Below the pieces are notes generated by a model, which was not told the origin of the DNA, did no database searches, and saw only the letters and a program-made list of their open reading frames with translations. DNA of 64,000 nucleotides, taken from assembly GCF_001194135.2 (NCBI RefSeq), contig NC_068987.1:49228706-49292705 (forward strand), read 5' to 3'. Within the stretch, counting starts at the first letter, position 1; every line of letters begins with the position of its first letter. This DNA comes from Octopus bimaculoides. Its lineage: Eukaryota. The translations under genes and the position numbers were made by a program. Positions 63,113 to 64,000 of this stretch are shown here, piece by piece.

Positions 63113-63957
63113 ATATATATACATAGATATATATATATATGACAGGGTTCTTTCAGTCTCTGTCAACCACATCCACTCACAAGGCTTTGGTTGGCCTGAG
63201 GCTATAGTAGAAGACGCTTTCCCAAGGTGCCATGCCGTGAGACTGAACCCAGAACTATATGGTTGGGAAGGAAACTTTTTCACCACACACACACACACAC
63301 ACACGCACACACAGACACACACACACATGTGTGTGTGTGTGTGTGTATTTTCCATGTTTGCATGGGCTGGGCAGAATTTTGTTGTGGCAGATTCTCTATG
63401 GCTGGATGCCCTTCCTGTCACCAACCCTCACCTGTCTTGAACTAAGGTAATATTGCTGCATGGCCAGACATGTTTTGGCATAAGATTGGAAACAAATGAC
63501 ATCACTTGCTTGAGGATGACACGTGTTTGCAAATATTGCAAAATACGAAGACAACAAGATAAGACACACGCATTGCAAATGATGCCAACGCCAGTTTATT
63601 TTCTATTGTTTCTCTCTCCTATTTCACATGAGTTCTCATCAGAGTACAAGTATGTGTGTGTGTGTATGTGTGTGTGTGTGCGTGCGAGTCTGTAGTGGAT
63701 GTGGGTGTAAATGATTTTTATCCAGAAGTGTCATAGAGAGTGCAAGTTTGATTGTGGACATTCACAGGGATTCTTCTGAGAATATGCTTGCATATGTGCA
63801 TGTATATATGTGTGTACCTATATGTATGTGTGTGTGTACCTCTATGTATATATATATATACATATATACACATATAGATATATATACATATATATAATAT
63901 ATGTGTGTGTGTATGTACACACATACACACGTGTGTGTGGTATACATATGTATGTAT

Positions 63958-63990
<33 letters not shown>

Positions 63991-64000
63991 CACACACACA

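Noticed and set aside
13018-63999. Dozens of ORFs rich in YI, HT, CV, H or D/N runs
   Set aside because: They are translations of (TA)n, (CA)n, (TG)n, (CAT)n and (TAA)n microsatellites.

Overview
AT-rich, microsatellite-laden animal genomic DNA with nine N-gaps. The repeat landscape ((TA)n/(CA)n tracts, tRNA-like SINEs, RTE LINE tails ending in (GAT)n, mariners) suggests an Octopus draft assembly; this is inferred from pattern recognition, not a database search. Two host-gene signals are supported. First, the 3' part of a minus-strand PDZ-LIM (ALP/PDLIM3/Zasp-type) gene: exons at 43745-43871 and 37933-38029, a probable last exon starting at 36577, and one LIM exon apparently lost in a gap. 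Second, an unrecognised intronless 75-aa single-TM microprotein ORF at 7351-7578 (+) with a downstream AATAAA, in a CpG-retaining segment. Most of the rest is transposon-derived: a Ty3/gypsy element lacking RT/RNaseH, a decayed CRE-clade retrotransposon, R4/Dong-like 3' ends anchored in (TAA)n, RTE fragments (one with a PHD finger inside RT and a twin-priming-like inversion), mariner/Tc1 relics, MITEs and SINEs. The most notable findings are two Penelope-type repeats carrying a minimal hammerhead-ribozyme fold with a variant core, and a PDLIM C-terminus where several splice outcomes all give the same ...VYR* end. Repeat boundaries were set by eye and are approximate (about +/-20 nt). Family labels A, B/C and E are my own.
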